Origin: a virus
DNA length: 64,000 nucleotides
Reading direction: 5' to 3' (one strand)
IMG/VR virus record: IMGVR_UViG_3300043185_000079
Part shown: piece after piece, positions 17,749 to 27,715 of the stretch
Layout of the letters: every line of letters begins with the position of its first letter
Position numbering within the stretch: the stretch's first letter is position 1
Notes under the pieces: generated by a model
The model's database searches: none
What the model was told of the DNA's origin: nothing
The model's input: only the letters and a program-made list of their open reading frames with translations
Program-made: the position numbers and the translations under genes

Positions 17749-18897
17749 ATGATGAACGACAAGCGGCAAAAAGCCGAGCGCTTGGGCATGCCCCCGGACA
17801 CGGCGGAGAAGAAACTCCGCAAGGCCGTGATCCTTGAGCTGGCCAAGCAACTCGGCAAGGACATGTGTGCCGCCTGCGGTCGTCGGATCGAGTCTCCCGA
17901 GTCCCTCGCCGTCTTCCACATCCAGGACTGGTCGAACAACCCCGATCAGTACTGGGATCTCACCAATGTTGCCCTGGGCCACCCTGACTGCGCAGCAGCC
18001 TTCGGTGGCCGGGGGCAGGAAGGAACGAAGATGCGCAAGATCAAGGTCACTATCGAAGACGAGAACGGCAACCTGCTCCCGGCGGCAGTCCACGCTGGCA
18101 CCCTCTACGTCGGGGGCGAAAAGAACCAGAGGTACCGGATCAGGATCCGCAATCTCACCACATGGCAGGTCTGCTGTGTAGTGTCGGTGGACGGCCGCAA
18201 CGCGATCTCGGGGGAGCCCGGATCTCTCGATGATGAAGGCTACGTCGTGCCGGCCATGGGCGAGACGCTGATCGACGGGTGGCGCAGGAGCGACACCGAG
18301 GTCGCCGCTTTCCGGTTCTCCAACCCGGACGACAGCTACTCCTCGCAGCTGGAGTCTCCAGAGAACGTCGGGATCGTCGGAGTCGCTGTGTTTGAGGAGG
18401 AGCGTGTCGAGATCCGGCCCTCCGTCGTCACAGTGCGCGAGAAGGAGTACGTTCCCGTGCCGTACCCCGTACAGCCGTGGGATCCGTGGAGACCGTGGAA
18501 ACCGTGGGGGCTGTGGACCCATCCATTCTGGACCTACCAGTCGGGCATCACGATTGACATTCCCCGCTACACGGGAACCGGCGATACCTCCGAACTGCTC
18601 CTGTCGTGCAACGCCGCTCCAGGAACGTTGAGCGTGACCGACAGCAACGTCACGTTGGACTCGGCACAGGTGATCGGCACCGGCTACGGCGAGGACCTGT
18701 CCAGTCCAAGCCACAGGGTGGGGTTCCGGCGTCGGTCTGCTCCCTCGGAGATCGTGGAGATTCGTTATGATGAGGTCGATGCTCTCGTCGTGCGCGGCAT
18801 CCTCCGCGATAAGTCGAAGCGCCGTGAACCCAGAGCGTTCCCGAGGGACGTTCAGGCAGGGTACGCCGCTGCCCCGCCTCGTCGGGTCGGGCGGTAG
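17749..18897 (+). CDS. conserved hypothetical protein (HNH-like Zn module plus SVDG/IDGWR/NVG.VGVAVF domain)
   Basis: Long biased ORF; second possible start MRKIKV at 18031 with a purine-rich RBS. Confidence 0.75.
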   Translation: MMNDKRQKAERLGMPPDTAEKKLRKAVILELAKQLGKDMCAACGRRIESPESLAVFHIQDWSNNPDQYWDLTNVALGHPDCAAAFGGRGQEGTKMRKIKVTIEDENGNLLPAAVHAGTLYVGGEKNQRYRIRIRNLTTWQVCCVVSVDGRNAISGEPGSLDDEGYVVPAMGETLIDGWRRSDTEVAAFRFSNPDDSYSSQLESPENVGIVGVAVFEEERVEIRPSVVTVREKEYVPVPYPVQPWDPWRPWKPWGLWTHPFWTYQSGITIDIPRYTGTGDTSELLLSCNAAPGTLSVTDSNVTLDSAQVIGTGYGEDLSSPSHRVGFRRRSAPSEIVEIRYDEVDALVVRGILRDKSKRREPRAFPRDVQAGYAAAPPRRVGR

Positions 18898-19223
18898 ATC
18901 CTGCATGCAGGATCTCGCCGGAGGACGACCGCGATAACCTCCGCCGTCCTCTTGGCGAGTTCGGTGACGGGCTCGTGGCCACGGCACTGCCGGCTGGCGT
19001 CAACGTCCAAGTGGTATTGTCGGGGAGCATCACCCGTCAGATGGCCGGCGACTGGCGAGTCCGGTCCGGTCGCTATCGACCGGCCTTCCACCGGGTATCC
19101 CAGCCACGCGGCGCGCCATCGCAGCCCTCAGAACGCTACCAGCAGAGGCATACACGGCTCCTGCTCCGGGGGTCGTGAAGGATGGATCCGGACGGTGACG
19201 GGGCTATCGGTGTAGAATTGACG

Positions 19224-19694
19224 ATGGCCAACGACTCCGGCCTCCTGATCCTCGTCGGGGCAATGCTGCTCCTGGGCGGGCTCGTGGCCGTCGTCAAAGT
19301 GTGGATGTGGGTTTGGCTCGTGGGGCGCATGACCCACCATCCTTCACCCCCGCGTACTGCGGTGCCTACCTCCCTCGACAGTTTCAAGAAGTTCCTTGCG
19401 CTGATCTCCACACTCCTGGGGATCGTCACTACCTGCGTCGGTTTGGTGCGCGAGTGCGGGTGGATGCCAGACCGCGAAGAATCTCGTCCCGCAACCCCCG
19501 CGGTGAGTCCACCACCGGCTGCCGCCCCGACCTTTGAGTACCAGATCGACGATGTCTACCAACCCCCACCCTCGTCGATGGTCTGCTGTACGGCGATGGG
19601 GAACTGCATGATGGTGTATCCGGCTGTCGTTGGAACCCAGTGCTTCTGCACCGGGATGATGGGTGCAGCGGTGGGAACCGTGTGTCCGGGATAA
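19224..19694 (+). CDS. membrane protein with Cys-rich C-terminus
   Basis: Two hydrophobic segments; CC..C..C.C..C tail; TAGAAT 5 nt before the ATG. Confidence 0.7.
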   Translation: MANDSGLLILVGAMLLLGGLVAVVKVWMWVWLVGRMTHHPSPPRTAVPTSLDSFKKFLALISTLLGIVTTCVGLVRECGWMPDREESRPATPAVSPPPAAAPTFEYQIDDVYQPPPSSMVCCTAMGNCMMVYPAVVGTQCFCTGMMGAAVGTVCPG

Positions 19695-19701
19695 CCAGAG
19701 C

Positions 19702-20052
19702 ATGGCGTCTGGAAACGTACAAAGAGACATGGACGATTGGCAGACTCGGCTGACCGAGATGGAAACCAAGATGGCCTCCTTGTCGGAGAACCACGACGCG
19801 AGAACCCGTATCTTCGCGGACATCGCCGAACTCGTCCGCGAGAGCGATGTGGTCTACATCCAGGGCATTTCCCGAGACGCGGGAGAGTGGACGCTGGTTC
19901 TGGGTATCGACGAGCGCCACGACGCTCGTGTCTACCGGCACTTGTGCGAGCACATGGTGGCGCCCTTCCTCGTGGATCTTGCCGTGGAGGTCGCTGCCGA
20001 CGCCGGCCACGACATCGGCGATCCTGGCCACGGCGAGGACGTGGCCAACTAG
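19702..20052 (+). CDS. hypothetical protein
   Basis: GC3-biased ORF; start uncertain (19702 or 19729). Confidence 0.65.
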   Translation: MASGNVQRDMDDWQTRLTEMETKMASLSENHDARTRIFADIAELVRESDVVYIQGISRDAGEWTLVLGIDERHDARVYRHLCEHMVAPFLVDLAVEVAADAGHDIGDPGHGEDVAN

Positions 20053-20068
20053 CGCGGTAGAGTGCCGC

Positions 20069-20239
20069 ATGTCACGCCCTATCCTGATCCTGGGCGGCAT
20101 ACCTGGCCTTCGTCCGCCCGCGCCAGCGTGTACGGCCATCACGGAAGACGAGGACGCTCCCGACCACTGCTCGAAAGATGGGGGGTGGGGGGTTCGAGTC
20201 CCTCCCTCGTCCGATGATTGGGACGAGCGAGCCGCCTAG
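20069..20239 (+). CDS. small hypothetical protein
   Basis: GG-TAGAGT-N5-ATG. Confidence 0.55.
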   Translation: MSRPILILGGIPGLRPPAPACTAITEDEDAPDHCSKDGGWGVRVPPSSDDWDERAA

Positions 20240-21018
20240 GCTCGTAGCGCCGCGATCTTCACCGGGCCGAACTGCGCCTCGTACCAGTCCAGGTGTCCCT
20301 CGGGCTCCGGCTTGTCGAGCTGCCTCGGCGCACGGCCGAGTACGCGGAACACGACCGCGTAGATGACTTCGCCAATCGGGAGCGTGGCGAGCCCGAGCAT
20401 CTTCGGATCATCCAGAACGGCGGCGAGGATAGCCGGGAGGACGAAGTGTTCAAAGATCTCAAACAGGGCGAACCCGAGGCCCAGTTTCCACCCGTGCTTC
20501 TTGACTGCTCGGATGATGGCTTCGATCGTGTGCTTCGGGTTGACCGCGTGCCAGATCTTTTTGAGCAGCGTGATCATCACCTGGACGGGGAATCGGCGAC
20601 GGAAATCGGCAATTGCGTCCTCGACGACACGTCGCCTGACCTGTGGCGGCAGGTCGTCGTTGGCGTTCTCATACCCCCACTGGTAGCCTTCGACGATCTC
20701 CTCTGTGACTCCCGTAGGTGGTCGCAACGCTGTGCCGCGTTCACGGTCTCGCTTGCCGAGGGAGGCGCCGTGGGCGAACTCCGCGACGTCATTCTCGACC
20801 TCTCGCTCGGCCAGCTCCTTGAGAAGTTGTGGAGCGATGGCTCTGATCGCGTCGTCGACGAGTTCTTTCACGGGGCCGTAGACGAATTCGCGGTGCAGGT
20901 CGACGACTCGCTTCAGCGGCTGTGCCATCCACTGTAGCCACTCATCCAGGGCCGCATCGCGACGCATGTGGGCGACGGCAACGCGTCGGCTAATTTTCTT
21001 GATCTGGTTGGGGTGCAC
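20236..21018 (-). CDS. membrane-segment protein with RRVAVAHMRRDA leader
   Basis: GCTA-N6-CTAT at 21057-21044, then a 10-bp hairpin, then GTG; hydrophobic hairpin near the C-terminus. Confidence 0.75.
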   Translation of the reverse strand: MHPNQIKKISRRVAVAHMRRDAALDEWLQWMAQPLKRVVDLHREFVYGPVKELVDDAIRAIAPQLLKELAEREVENDVAEFAHGASLGKRDRERGTALRPPTGVTEEIVEGYQWGYENANDDLPPQVRRRVVEDAIADFRRRFPVQVMITLLKKIWHAVNPKHTIEAIIRAVKKHGWKLGLGFALFEIFEHFVLPAILAAVLDDPKMLGLATLPIGEVIYAVVFRVLGRAPRQLDKPEPEGHLDWYEAQFGPVKIAALRA

Positions 21019-21234
21019 GGGCTCTCTCGCAAGAGAGAGCCCTATAGACGGGTTAGCCTACGGAGCGGACAGCCCGCGAGGCATCTTTTCGACCTGTGCA
21101 CATCCCGTTCTCATCGTGATTGCCCCACTGCTTCATGACAGCGGCACATCTACCGGTTCGGGCTCGTCTATCGAGGCATTGATCGCGAATTGCTCATGCC
21201 CACTTGGGCTGCGCTATACGAGCGATGTCGTGTC

Positions 21235-21540
21235 CTAGCAACTCGGGACGTAGCCGTACGTCTCCAGGTCCTCGCACAGGGCTCTGAGTTCTTCGATGTC
21301 GAACCCGGAGTCCGGATCGCAGCCTACGGCATGCTCGGCGTCCTCCCACCCGTCCTCGTAGTCGGGACACACGCACGTGACCTGCACAGGAGGACACGTC
21401 GTGTGATGGAGATGCTCTTCCTTGATTCGACGCGTCGAGTCCTTGAGCATGCCATCGAGCGTCGCGATCCACACGAGCAGCGAGACGATCGCAGTCGCGA
21501 GGATCACGTTGACGGTCAGGGACCATCTCAAGGATTTCAT
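21235..21540 (-). CDS. small membrane-anchored protein
   Basis: AGGAG RBS; N-terminal TM segment; GATA-N6-TGAT upstream. Confidence 0.7.
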   Translation of the reverse strand: MKSLRWSLTVNVILATAIVSLLVWIATLDGMLKDSTRRIKEEHLHHTTCPPVQVTCVCPDYEDGWEDAEHAVGCDPDSGFDIEELRALCEDLETYGYVPSC

Positions 21541-21683
21541 GAGGCTCCTGTGGATCGCCCGTCTATCAAATAACTATCCGAGATGCTGTGTCCGGGAGAT
21601 AGGCTCGCTCGTGAAACGACTGGTCGCGACCGTGGACCGGGCACTCGCCCGCGTGTAAACGATACCAGTGCGGTTGGCGCCTC

Positions 21684-22073
21684 TCACCCAATCTCCTCCA
21701 CGTCCAGACCTCGGAGCGTCGGCCACGTCTGGCAGGCCATCTTCCAAGCCTCCGCCGAACTCCGGCCCAGGCGCCCCTTCCCGTCCTCGATCAACCACTG
21801 AACAGCCGCACGCGGATCATCATGGACGGCGGCCGTGTTCTTCTGGCGCACGATGGGTGGAATTCCTGCGTTGCCCTTCCTCGACCATGCCCGCTGGTCC
21901 GCCCGGCGCCACTGGTGGACGGCCGTCACGATCTTGCCCGCCCTCGTGACGAAAATCCGTACGAGGGTTCCGGCCTGCATGTGCGGGGGGTGGTCGTTGA
22001 CACCTACGAGATAACCCTGGAACCGGAGGTCGAGTCCGTCGTCCCGCAAGAGAAGATGCTCTTCCAGCGGCAT
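21684..22073 (-). CDS. hypothetical protein
   Basis: Coding-like 3' half of ORF 21684..22475 (MPLEEHLLLRDDG...). Confidence 0.6.
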   Translation of the reverse strand: MPLEEHLLLRDDGLDLRFQGYLVGVNDHPPHMQAGTLVRIFVTRAGKIVTAVHQWRRADQRAWSRKGNAGIPPIVRQKNTAAVHDDPRAAVQWLIEDGKGRLGRSSAEAWKMACQTWPTLRGLDVEEIG

Positions 22074-22315
22074 ACTCGGGCCCGCGCCTTCAGTACCTGC
22101 AGGGCTCCTGAGCGCGCCAGATTGCCATTTTCGAAGTATCTCGTCGTTCCCCCGAATCGGAGGATCACCCCGCGAGCTGTTCGCCATGGGCCTGTTCCTG
22201 TGGGCGGTGTGACGGGCATGCCCGCGCCCATGTCTACTATACACTGCATGTCGACTCGACGTCGGTAGTATCTTCCGACGCGGCGTACCGCGCATCTCAG
22301 ACAAACGGAGAAACG

Positions 22316-22516
22316 ATGAAGACGAAAACGAAGACAAAGGTCCCCGCGAAGAAGGCAAAGGCCAAGAAGGCGGCCAGTTCCAGGGCAAAGGCAAAGAAGC
22401 AACCGGCCAAGGCAGCCAAGGCCAAGTCGACCAAGGCCAAGAAGGTGAACCGCACCAAGGCTCGCAAGTCGACACCCAAGAAGAAGGCAGTGGCCGCTCC
22501 CGCCACAGCCGCCTGA
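22316..22516 (+). CDS. histone H1-like Lys/Ala-rich basic protein
   Basis: 66 aa of KKAKAKK-type repeats; GGAG RBS; hairpin immediately after the stop. Confidence 0.85.
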   Translation: MKTKTKTKVPAKKAKAKKAASSRAKAKKQPAKAAKAKSTKAKKVNRTKARKSTPKKKAVAAPATAA

Positions 22517-22526
22517 GCCCGTGTCT

Positions 22527-22570
22527 AAAGACGCGAGGACGTCGTCTCTCGACGACGTCCTCGCGTCTTT
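22527..22570. terminator. perfect 20-bp inverted repeat
   Basis: AAAGACGCGAGGACGTCGTC-tctc-GACGACGTCCTCGCGTCTTT. Confidence 0.85.
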
Positions 22571-22701
22571 CGATGATGATTCTATCGGCGTCCCAGGCTC
22601 GAAGGGGCCGATCTCCTCATGAAGAGCGACACCGAATTCATGGAGCAGCTACCGAGACACTTCTGGGGAAGATGTCTATGAGGCAACCGCGAGGCAAGCA
22701 A

Positions 22702-23649
22702 ATGGCTTCAAGGGTGGCAGCGCGATGGCTCGTCCGCTTGGCGTACGAATTCAGCCTCGATGAGGCGTACAAGTTCATGGGTCTTAGCCCGGGTGCGTCA
22801 CCCGACGACATCAAGACGGCATACCGCAATCTCACGCTCAAGTACCATCCCGACCGCGGCGGGGATCCAGAGGATATGAAGCGGCTCAACGCCGCGCGTG
22901 AGGTCATCGAGAGCGGAGGCACGGTACGACGACCATTGTCACCCGAATCCACCGTGCGCGAGGAGACGATCTGGGAGCGCTACCGCGCCCGGTACGGTCC
23001 GCAGGCGAGCGGGACGTATGTGGATACCGACCTACAGAAATTGGCTCAGGACGTGCTGGACAAGAACCTGCGACAGATCGTCACCCGCGGGAAGGTACCG
23101 TGGGTCCCGGTCGACGCCGGCGTGCCGCAGGGCGGACGCTGGACCTACCATCGCCCGTTCGGGTCCAAGATCAGGACGCAGCGACTGCCAGACGACGTCG
23201 ACGCCGACAAGCTGTACCAGGCCATCCGCAGCTTCGGGAAAGGCAGCATCTTTGACGTCGTCGTCAAGAACAAGGAGGCGTGGGTGACCTGGGAGCACCC
23301 CGACGGCAAGTTCCAGTCCCTCAGCTTTGAGGAGGTGAAGGCGAAGCCCAAGAAGCCGCCGGGCGTAGGCATGAAGCCCGAGGATGCGGCACAGCGCATG
23401 CGAGCGGGCGGCCTGGACGTCGTGGCTGGAGGATCGAAGTACGGGTACTGGGGCGTCAGGGGACAGCGCGAGAAGACGGGATACTTCATCCGCGAGGCCG
23501 CGAAAACGTTGCGCGTCGTTCACCGCGTGAAAACCGGCGACTACCGGGGGATCCAGGATCATCCTCTCGCAGGCGAGATCTACTTCGGGAAACTCACTCC
23601 CGAGACGCTCGACAAGTGGATCGAGTTCGTGAAACGGAAGGCCGGCTAA
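22702..23649 (+). CDS. J-domain (DnaJ-like) protein with ASRVAARWLVRLA leader
   Basis: AY..MGL...AS..DIK.AYR.L..KYHPDRGG...MKRLNAA. Confidence 0.85.
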   Translation: MASRVAARWLVRLAYEFSLDEAYKFMGLSPGASPDDIKTAYRNLTLKYHPDRGGDPEDMKRLNAAREVIESGGTVRRPLSPESTVREETIWERYRARYGPQASGTYVDTDLQKLAQDVLDKNLRQIVTRGKVPWVPVDAGVPQGGRWTYHRPFGSKIRTQRLPDDVDADKLYQAIRSFGKGSIFDVVVKNKEAWVTWEHPDGKFQSLSFEEVKAKPKKPPGVGMKPEDAAQRMRAGGLDVVAGGSKYGYWGVRGQREKTGYFIREAAKTLRVVHRVKTGDYRGIQDHPLAGEIYFGKLTPETLDKWIEFVKRKAG

Positions 23650-23821
23650 GACCTTTGGCGAGAGCGTAGAGCACGCGGATGAGTCCGCCGATCGCGGTCA
23701 CGCCCTCCATGCCGATCACGAAGGCCCCTTTAGACTCGGGCTATGGGACGGCCTTCGCTGATCTCCCCCTGCGCGAAACGTGTCTTCCCTGAGGCCGGAA
23801 TCTCGACCATGTAGATCTCGG

Positions 23822-24925
23822 TCATGTTCCGGGTACGGGCGGCCGCGTGGCGACCTCGTGGAGGCGGGCCGCCAGGGTCTCCAGCGCCTCCCATCCCCAC
23901 AGGGGCGCTCGCGCGTCGTGAATGCGGGGAGCGATCTGCTCGACGACGGCTGCCGGGAACCGGTCCAGACCAACGTGAGCGCCCACGATGGCCCCTGCCA
24001 TCGCTGCGGTGGTGTCGGTGTCCCCTCCGACGATGATTGCCATCTCGATTGCCTTCCACACGTCGGTCGGATGGGCCATCACGCAGTAGAGGCTCCAGAG
24101 GACGGAGGACCGGGCCCACGGGCTGATCCCGTCCCACGACTTGTCGTCGCTCTCCTTGATCCACGCGAACACGTCGTCGCGTTCGTCCGGCGAACCCGGG
24201 CGCCTTCCGAGATTCCGCCGTCCGCCGAATACTCGTCTGGACAGGTCCTCTACGTCGATTGAGAAATCCTTGCTGCTGCGTGCCACGAACCTCGCTAGCC
24301 AGCTCCACCACCCCGGCTCGTGGGGGCCGCTGGTGCTCCTACTGGCGTTGAGGCACATGGCGGTCGCGACGGCAATCGTCACCGCCCCCGCGACCGACAT
24401 CTCAGCCTTGTGCGTGATCACGGCCTGGTCCACGGCGTCGACGATGAGCTGGTCCACGTCGTTCCATCTGAGAAGGCCAATGGGAGCGGCACGCATCGCT
24501 GCCCCGTTGCCCGCGGCGGGTGCTGGGAGTCCCGACTCCGACCACGGGACTCCTCTCTGTAGCCTGGTTGCGGCGATCTTCGTGGAGCGCCCGTATCCGA
24601 CGACGAGATCCTGTGCGAACGCCTTGGCGATCCTGGCCGCGAAGTCTTCCGCGACGAATGACCTCTCGCCCACGATGGACAGTGCGAGTTCTCGTGTCAA
24701 CTGTGTGTCGTCCGTGTACTGCCCGAAGAGTGCGCCGTGATGGTTCCTCTCGGCCGCGAAGTCGACCAGACGGATGAAGTACGTCGCGTAGTCTCTTGCC
24801 TCGGCCGCGGGCCTTCGCTCTGCCCAGGCACCGATAACATCTCCCAAGGCACAGCCCAAGATGCACCCCTTGAACTGTTCGACTCGCGGCACAGGGAGCG
24901 TGTCCATTTCGGCGGTCACGGGCAT
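23822..24925 (-). CDS. ADP-ribosylglycohydrolase (DraG/ARH family)
   Basis: G.ILG.ALGD, GQYTDDTQLT, GNGAAMRAAP, GGDTDTTAAMAGAIVGA. Confidence 0.95.
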   Translation of the reverse strand: MPVTAEMDTLPVPRVEQFKGCILGCALGDVIGAWAERRPAAEARDYATYFIRLVDFAAERNHHGALFGQYTDDTQLTRELALSIVGERSFVAEDFAARIAKAFAQDLVVGYGRSTKIAATRLQRGVPWSESGLPAPAAGNGAAMRAAPIGLLRWNDVDQLIVDAVDQAVITHKAEMSVAGAVTIAVATAMCLNASRSTSGPHEPGWWSWLARFVARSSKDFSIDVEDLSRRVFGGRRNLGRRPGSPDERDDVFAWIKESDDKSWDGISPWARSSVLWSLYCVMAHPTDVWKAIEMAIIVGGDTDTTAAMAGAIVGAHVGLDRFPAAVVEQIAPRIHDARAPLWGWEALETLAARLHEVATRPPVPGT

Positions 24926-25287
24926 CAGTTGGCCCTCCCTGCTCGCGGAGCGTTCGGAACGGGCACACCATTGACGTCGAGTGCGTGAAGGAGGAGCATG
25001 CGCATCTGCGGAGTGATGTGTTTCTTGAAGTTTTCCTTGATCTGCCAATCTGGCAATGTTTCTGCCTGCGTAGCGAGGCGTGTCCAGAGCACGGCGAAGT
25101 CCTCCATCCGCATCTTCGTACGACCGACCGACACCGAGAAGTCCTGTCCCATCCCGTTGACGGAGACCAGGAGATTCCCCTCGACGACGCCCACGTACAA
25201 GTTCTCGCTGGGGAAACCTAGATCCCTCATCATCTGCCATACGGCGAACGTCACCTTGATTTCGACGGGCTGAGAAAGCAGGTTCAC
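24925..25287 (-). CDS. hypothetical protein
   Basis: Overlaps both neighbours in the minus-strand operon. Confidence 0.7.
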   Translation of the reverse strand: MNLLSQPVEIKVTFAVWQMMRDLGFPSENLYVGVVEGNLLVSVNGMGQDFSVSVGRTKMRMEDFAVLWTRLATQAETLPDWQIKENFKKHITPQMRMLLLHALDVNGVPVPNAPRAGRAN

Positions 25288-26591
25288 GGGTCCTCCGCCA
25301 TCAGCAGGTCAAGGATTCCTCCGCTCAGATCATCGTGCTCGGGGACGGGGTCTTCCCACTCAGTCTCAATGCGGCGCGCGGCCATGCCGACGTAGCTCTC
25401 GGAAAGATCGATCCCCAGGAAATTTCGTCCGAGCGCGAGGGAGACCATGCCCGTGGTGCCCGAGCCAGAGAACGGGTCGAGGACGGTGCACGGGACTGGC
25501 TCGTGCTCGGCGCATCGACATGAAGGCTCCCATCCAACCGTGGTCCTGGTTCGAGTATCGTTGAGTGGCGAGGATGACTGGCCGCGTTTGTAGCTTCCGT
25601 TGCCGGAGATTTCGCCGGGGATGCCTTTGCTGACCATCGTGTCGTTTCTCCAGTCCCGACCTCCGCTTGTCTCGACGATCCTGGTCCACGGAGCCCCACA
25701 AGTTGGGCAGCATCCCTTGTCAGAGGTGCCGGCCAACACGCATGTGCGCGGCAGCTCGGGAGGGAATGTGGCGAAGTGGGCTTCAGGATACGGAATCGTG
25801 GTGATGGGCCATACGGTTCTCTTGTTCCGGCCTCGAGGATCCCCGTCGATGTCGGGTTCCTTGCGTGCCGTGCCCGACCACGTGTGCTCGGGCAGGAGAG
25901 GCCCCGGCCGTCGACGCTTGTGGCCGTCCGGGCGTCGTTGCGGCCTCATCGTGTGCGGTTCTCGGATCGCGTCGATGTCGTAGTAGTAGGTCTTCGACTT
26001 GGTGAGATGGAACACGTACTCGTGGGCTCGAGTGCAACGATCTTCCACGCTCTCGGGGAGACAGTTGATCTTCGACCACACGATGTCGTTCCGCAGGAAC
26101 CACCCCTGACTCTTCAGGGCGAAAGCCACCAGCCACGGGATTCCGACGAGATCTTTCTCCTTGAAGCCGGGGACCTTGCTTCTGTCTCTCGAAGAGCCTG
26201 TGGGGGTCCTCTTCCAGTGCTCCGGGTCCCCCGCCAGTCGTCTCTCGTCGTCCCGGTTGACCCTTCCACGCGAGTATGTGTCACCGAGGTTGACCCACAA
26301 GGTCCCATCGTCTCGGAGGACCCTCCACACCTCGTGGAAGATCTCGACGAGGTGTTCGACGTACGCGTTGGGCGTCGGTTCGAGTCCTAGATGGCCTTTC
26401 CACCCATCGCCCCACACGACCTCGGGTACGTTGTACTCCCGAAGCCCCCAGTAGGGCGGGGAGGTCACGACGCAGTGGACGGACTCCGACGGCATGCGAC
26501 GGAGCGCCTCTCGACAGTCCGTGCCGTAGTACAGCGAGGCCGTGGGAGACTTGTCGCCGACCGGACGACGCAGGATGACGGGATCGATCAT
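25284..26591 (-). CDS. site-specific DNA methyltransferase (N4-C/N6-A, beta class)
   Basis: VTSPPYW, GW.LRNDIVW.K, HFATFP, VLDPFSGSGTT; no cognate restriction gene seen. Confidence 0.95.
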   Translation of the reverse strand: MIDPVILRRPVGDKSPTASLYYGTDCREALRRMPSESVHCVVTSPPYWGLREYNVPEVVWGDGWKGHLGLEPTPNAYVEHLVEIFHEVWRVLRDDGTLWVNLGDTYSRGRVNRDDERRLAGDPEHWKRTPTGSSRDRSKVPGFKEKDLVGIPWLVAFALKSQGWFLRNDIVWSKINCLPESVEDRCTRAHEYVFHLTKSKTYYYDIDAIREPHTMRPQRRPDGHKRRRPGPLLPEHTWSGTARKEPDIDGDPRGRNKRTVWPITTIPYPEAHFATFPPELPRTCVLAGTSDKGCCPTCGAPWTRIVETSGGRDWRNDTMVSKGIPGEISGNGSYKRGQSSSPLNDTRTRTTVGWEPSCRCAEHEPVPCTVLDPFSGSGTTGMVSLALGRNFLGIDLSESYVGMAARRIETEWEDPVPEHDDLSGGILDLLMAEDP

Positions 26592-26817
26592 TCCTGGTCC
26601 TCCGCGATGTCGAGCGGCACGGGCGGCCGGCCAGCGGTGTGGACAGAGGGTGCCCGTCGTCCGGTGCAGCGCTCGGCTCGTCGTCCCAGCGCCCACCACG
26701 CGCTCCTGGCTCGAGCGACATGCGTGGAGTTGCAGCCGGCAGATGGGGTGTGAGACTCCCACGTGGGGCCGTTGTCCTGCCGGCGCTTCTCGCATCTCCG
26801 ATGGTTCGGTCCGCTGC

Positions 26818-27576
26818 TCACGACGCCTCCGGGAACCTGTGAATCTCTCTCTTAGAAAACGGGTCAAGGATCGGGAATCTGTAGAGGGCCGACGGCCTTC
26901 CCCTGTCCTGCATCCCGGCCACCGCTCCGACCTCCTCGACGCGTCCGTCCTCGATCATGCGTCGGAACCGCTTGGAGAAGTTGGAGGAGTCCTGGGGTCT
27001 CCCCTTCACGATCTCGTGGACTCGTCGGAAGTCGTTCAGTGTGAACTCTGTGGGCAACAGCGCCCTGACGATGCGAGGATCGTAGTCGATCTTGCCTCGG
27101 ACGCGGCTGATCGCGGTGGCGAGGACCTTGTCGTGGTCGAACGCCAGCTTCGGAAGTTGGCTCGTCGCGACCCAATACACCCTCGCAGAGTCGTCTCCCG
27201 CGCGGACTCGTGGAGCGATGTCCATCCCAACGAGGGCATAGTACGCGACAGAGATTGCGCGACCGCGGGGGTCTCGTCCTGGGTCCCCGAACGTATAGAG
27301 CTGCTCAAGGAACACGTTGTCGCGTACGACGTCGAGATCGGTTTCTTCCCTCAGCTCTCGAGCGGCTGCCGCGTCAAGCGATTCTCCCTGCGCAGCGTCC
27401 TCTCGGTACCCTTCACCGACCTCGACGAATCCTCCCGGTAGGGCTGCGTGGCTCCGGAACGGGTCGTCGCGTCGTTCGATCAGAAGAACGTCCAGATCCC
27501 CGCGCCTGGACACCGTGAAGATCACGATGTCGACCGTCACGGCCGGGAGGGGATACCTGTATGAGTGCTTGCCCAT
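26818..27576 (-). CDS. NrtR-like Nudix hydrolase / wHTH regulator
   Basis: ALPGGFV..(insert)..ES...AAARELREET, EQLYTFG.PGRDPR, LAFDH, NF.KR, GRP..LYRF. Confidence 0.92.
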   Translation of the reverse strand: MGKHSYRYPLPAVTVDIVIFTVSRRGDLDVLLIERRDDPFRSHAALPGGFVEVGEGYREDAAQGESLDAAAARELREETDLDVVRDNVFLEQLYTFGDPGRDPRGRAISVAYYALVGMDIAPRVRAGDDSARVYWVATSQLPKLAFDHDKVLATAISRVRGKIDYDPRIVRALLPTEFTLNDFRRVHEIVKGRPQDSSNFSKRFRRMIEDGRVEEVGAVAGMQDRGRPSALYRFPILDPFSKREIHRFPEAS

Positions 27577-27715
27577 CTCTCTGCCAGACTACCCGGTTCA
27601 CGCACTGTCCTCGGACTGATAGAGTCCGTGCGTCGAGATCGAATGAATCGGGATATCCACGAACCCGAACTCGCGCTCGATGACGGTGATGACCACGGCG
27701 AAGCGTGCCAATGCT

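Noticed and set aside
23646-23826. MVEIPASGKT as a P-loop kinase gene
   Set aside because: Only 31 codons and the first Gly of the P-loop is missing; at most a remnant.
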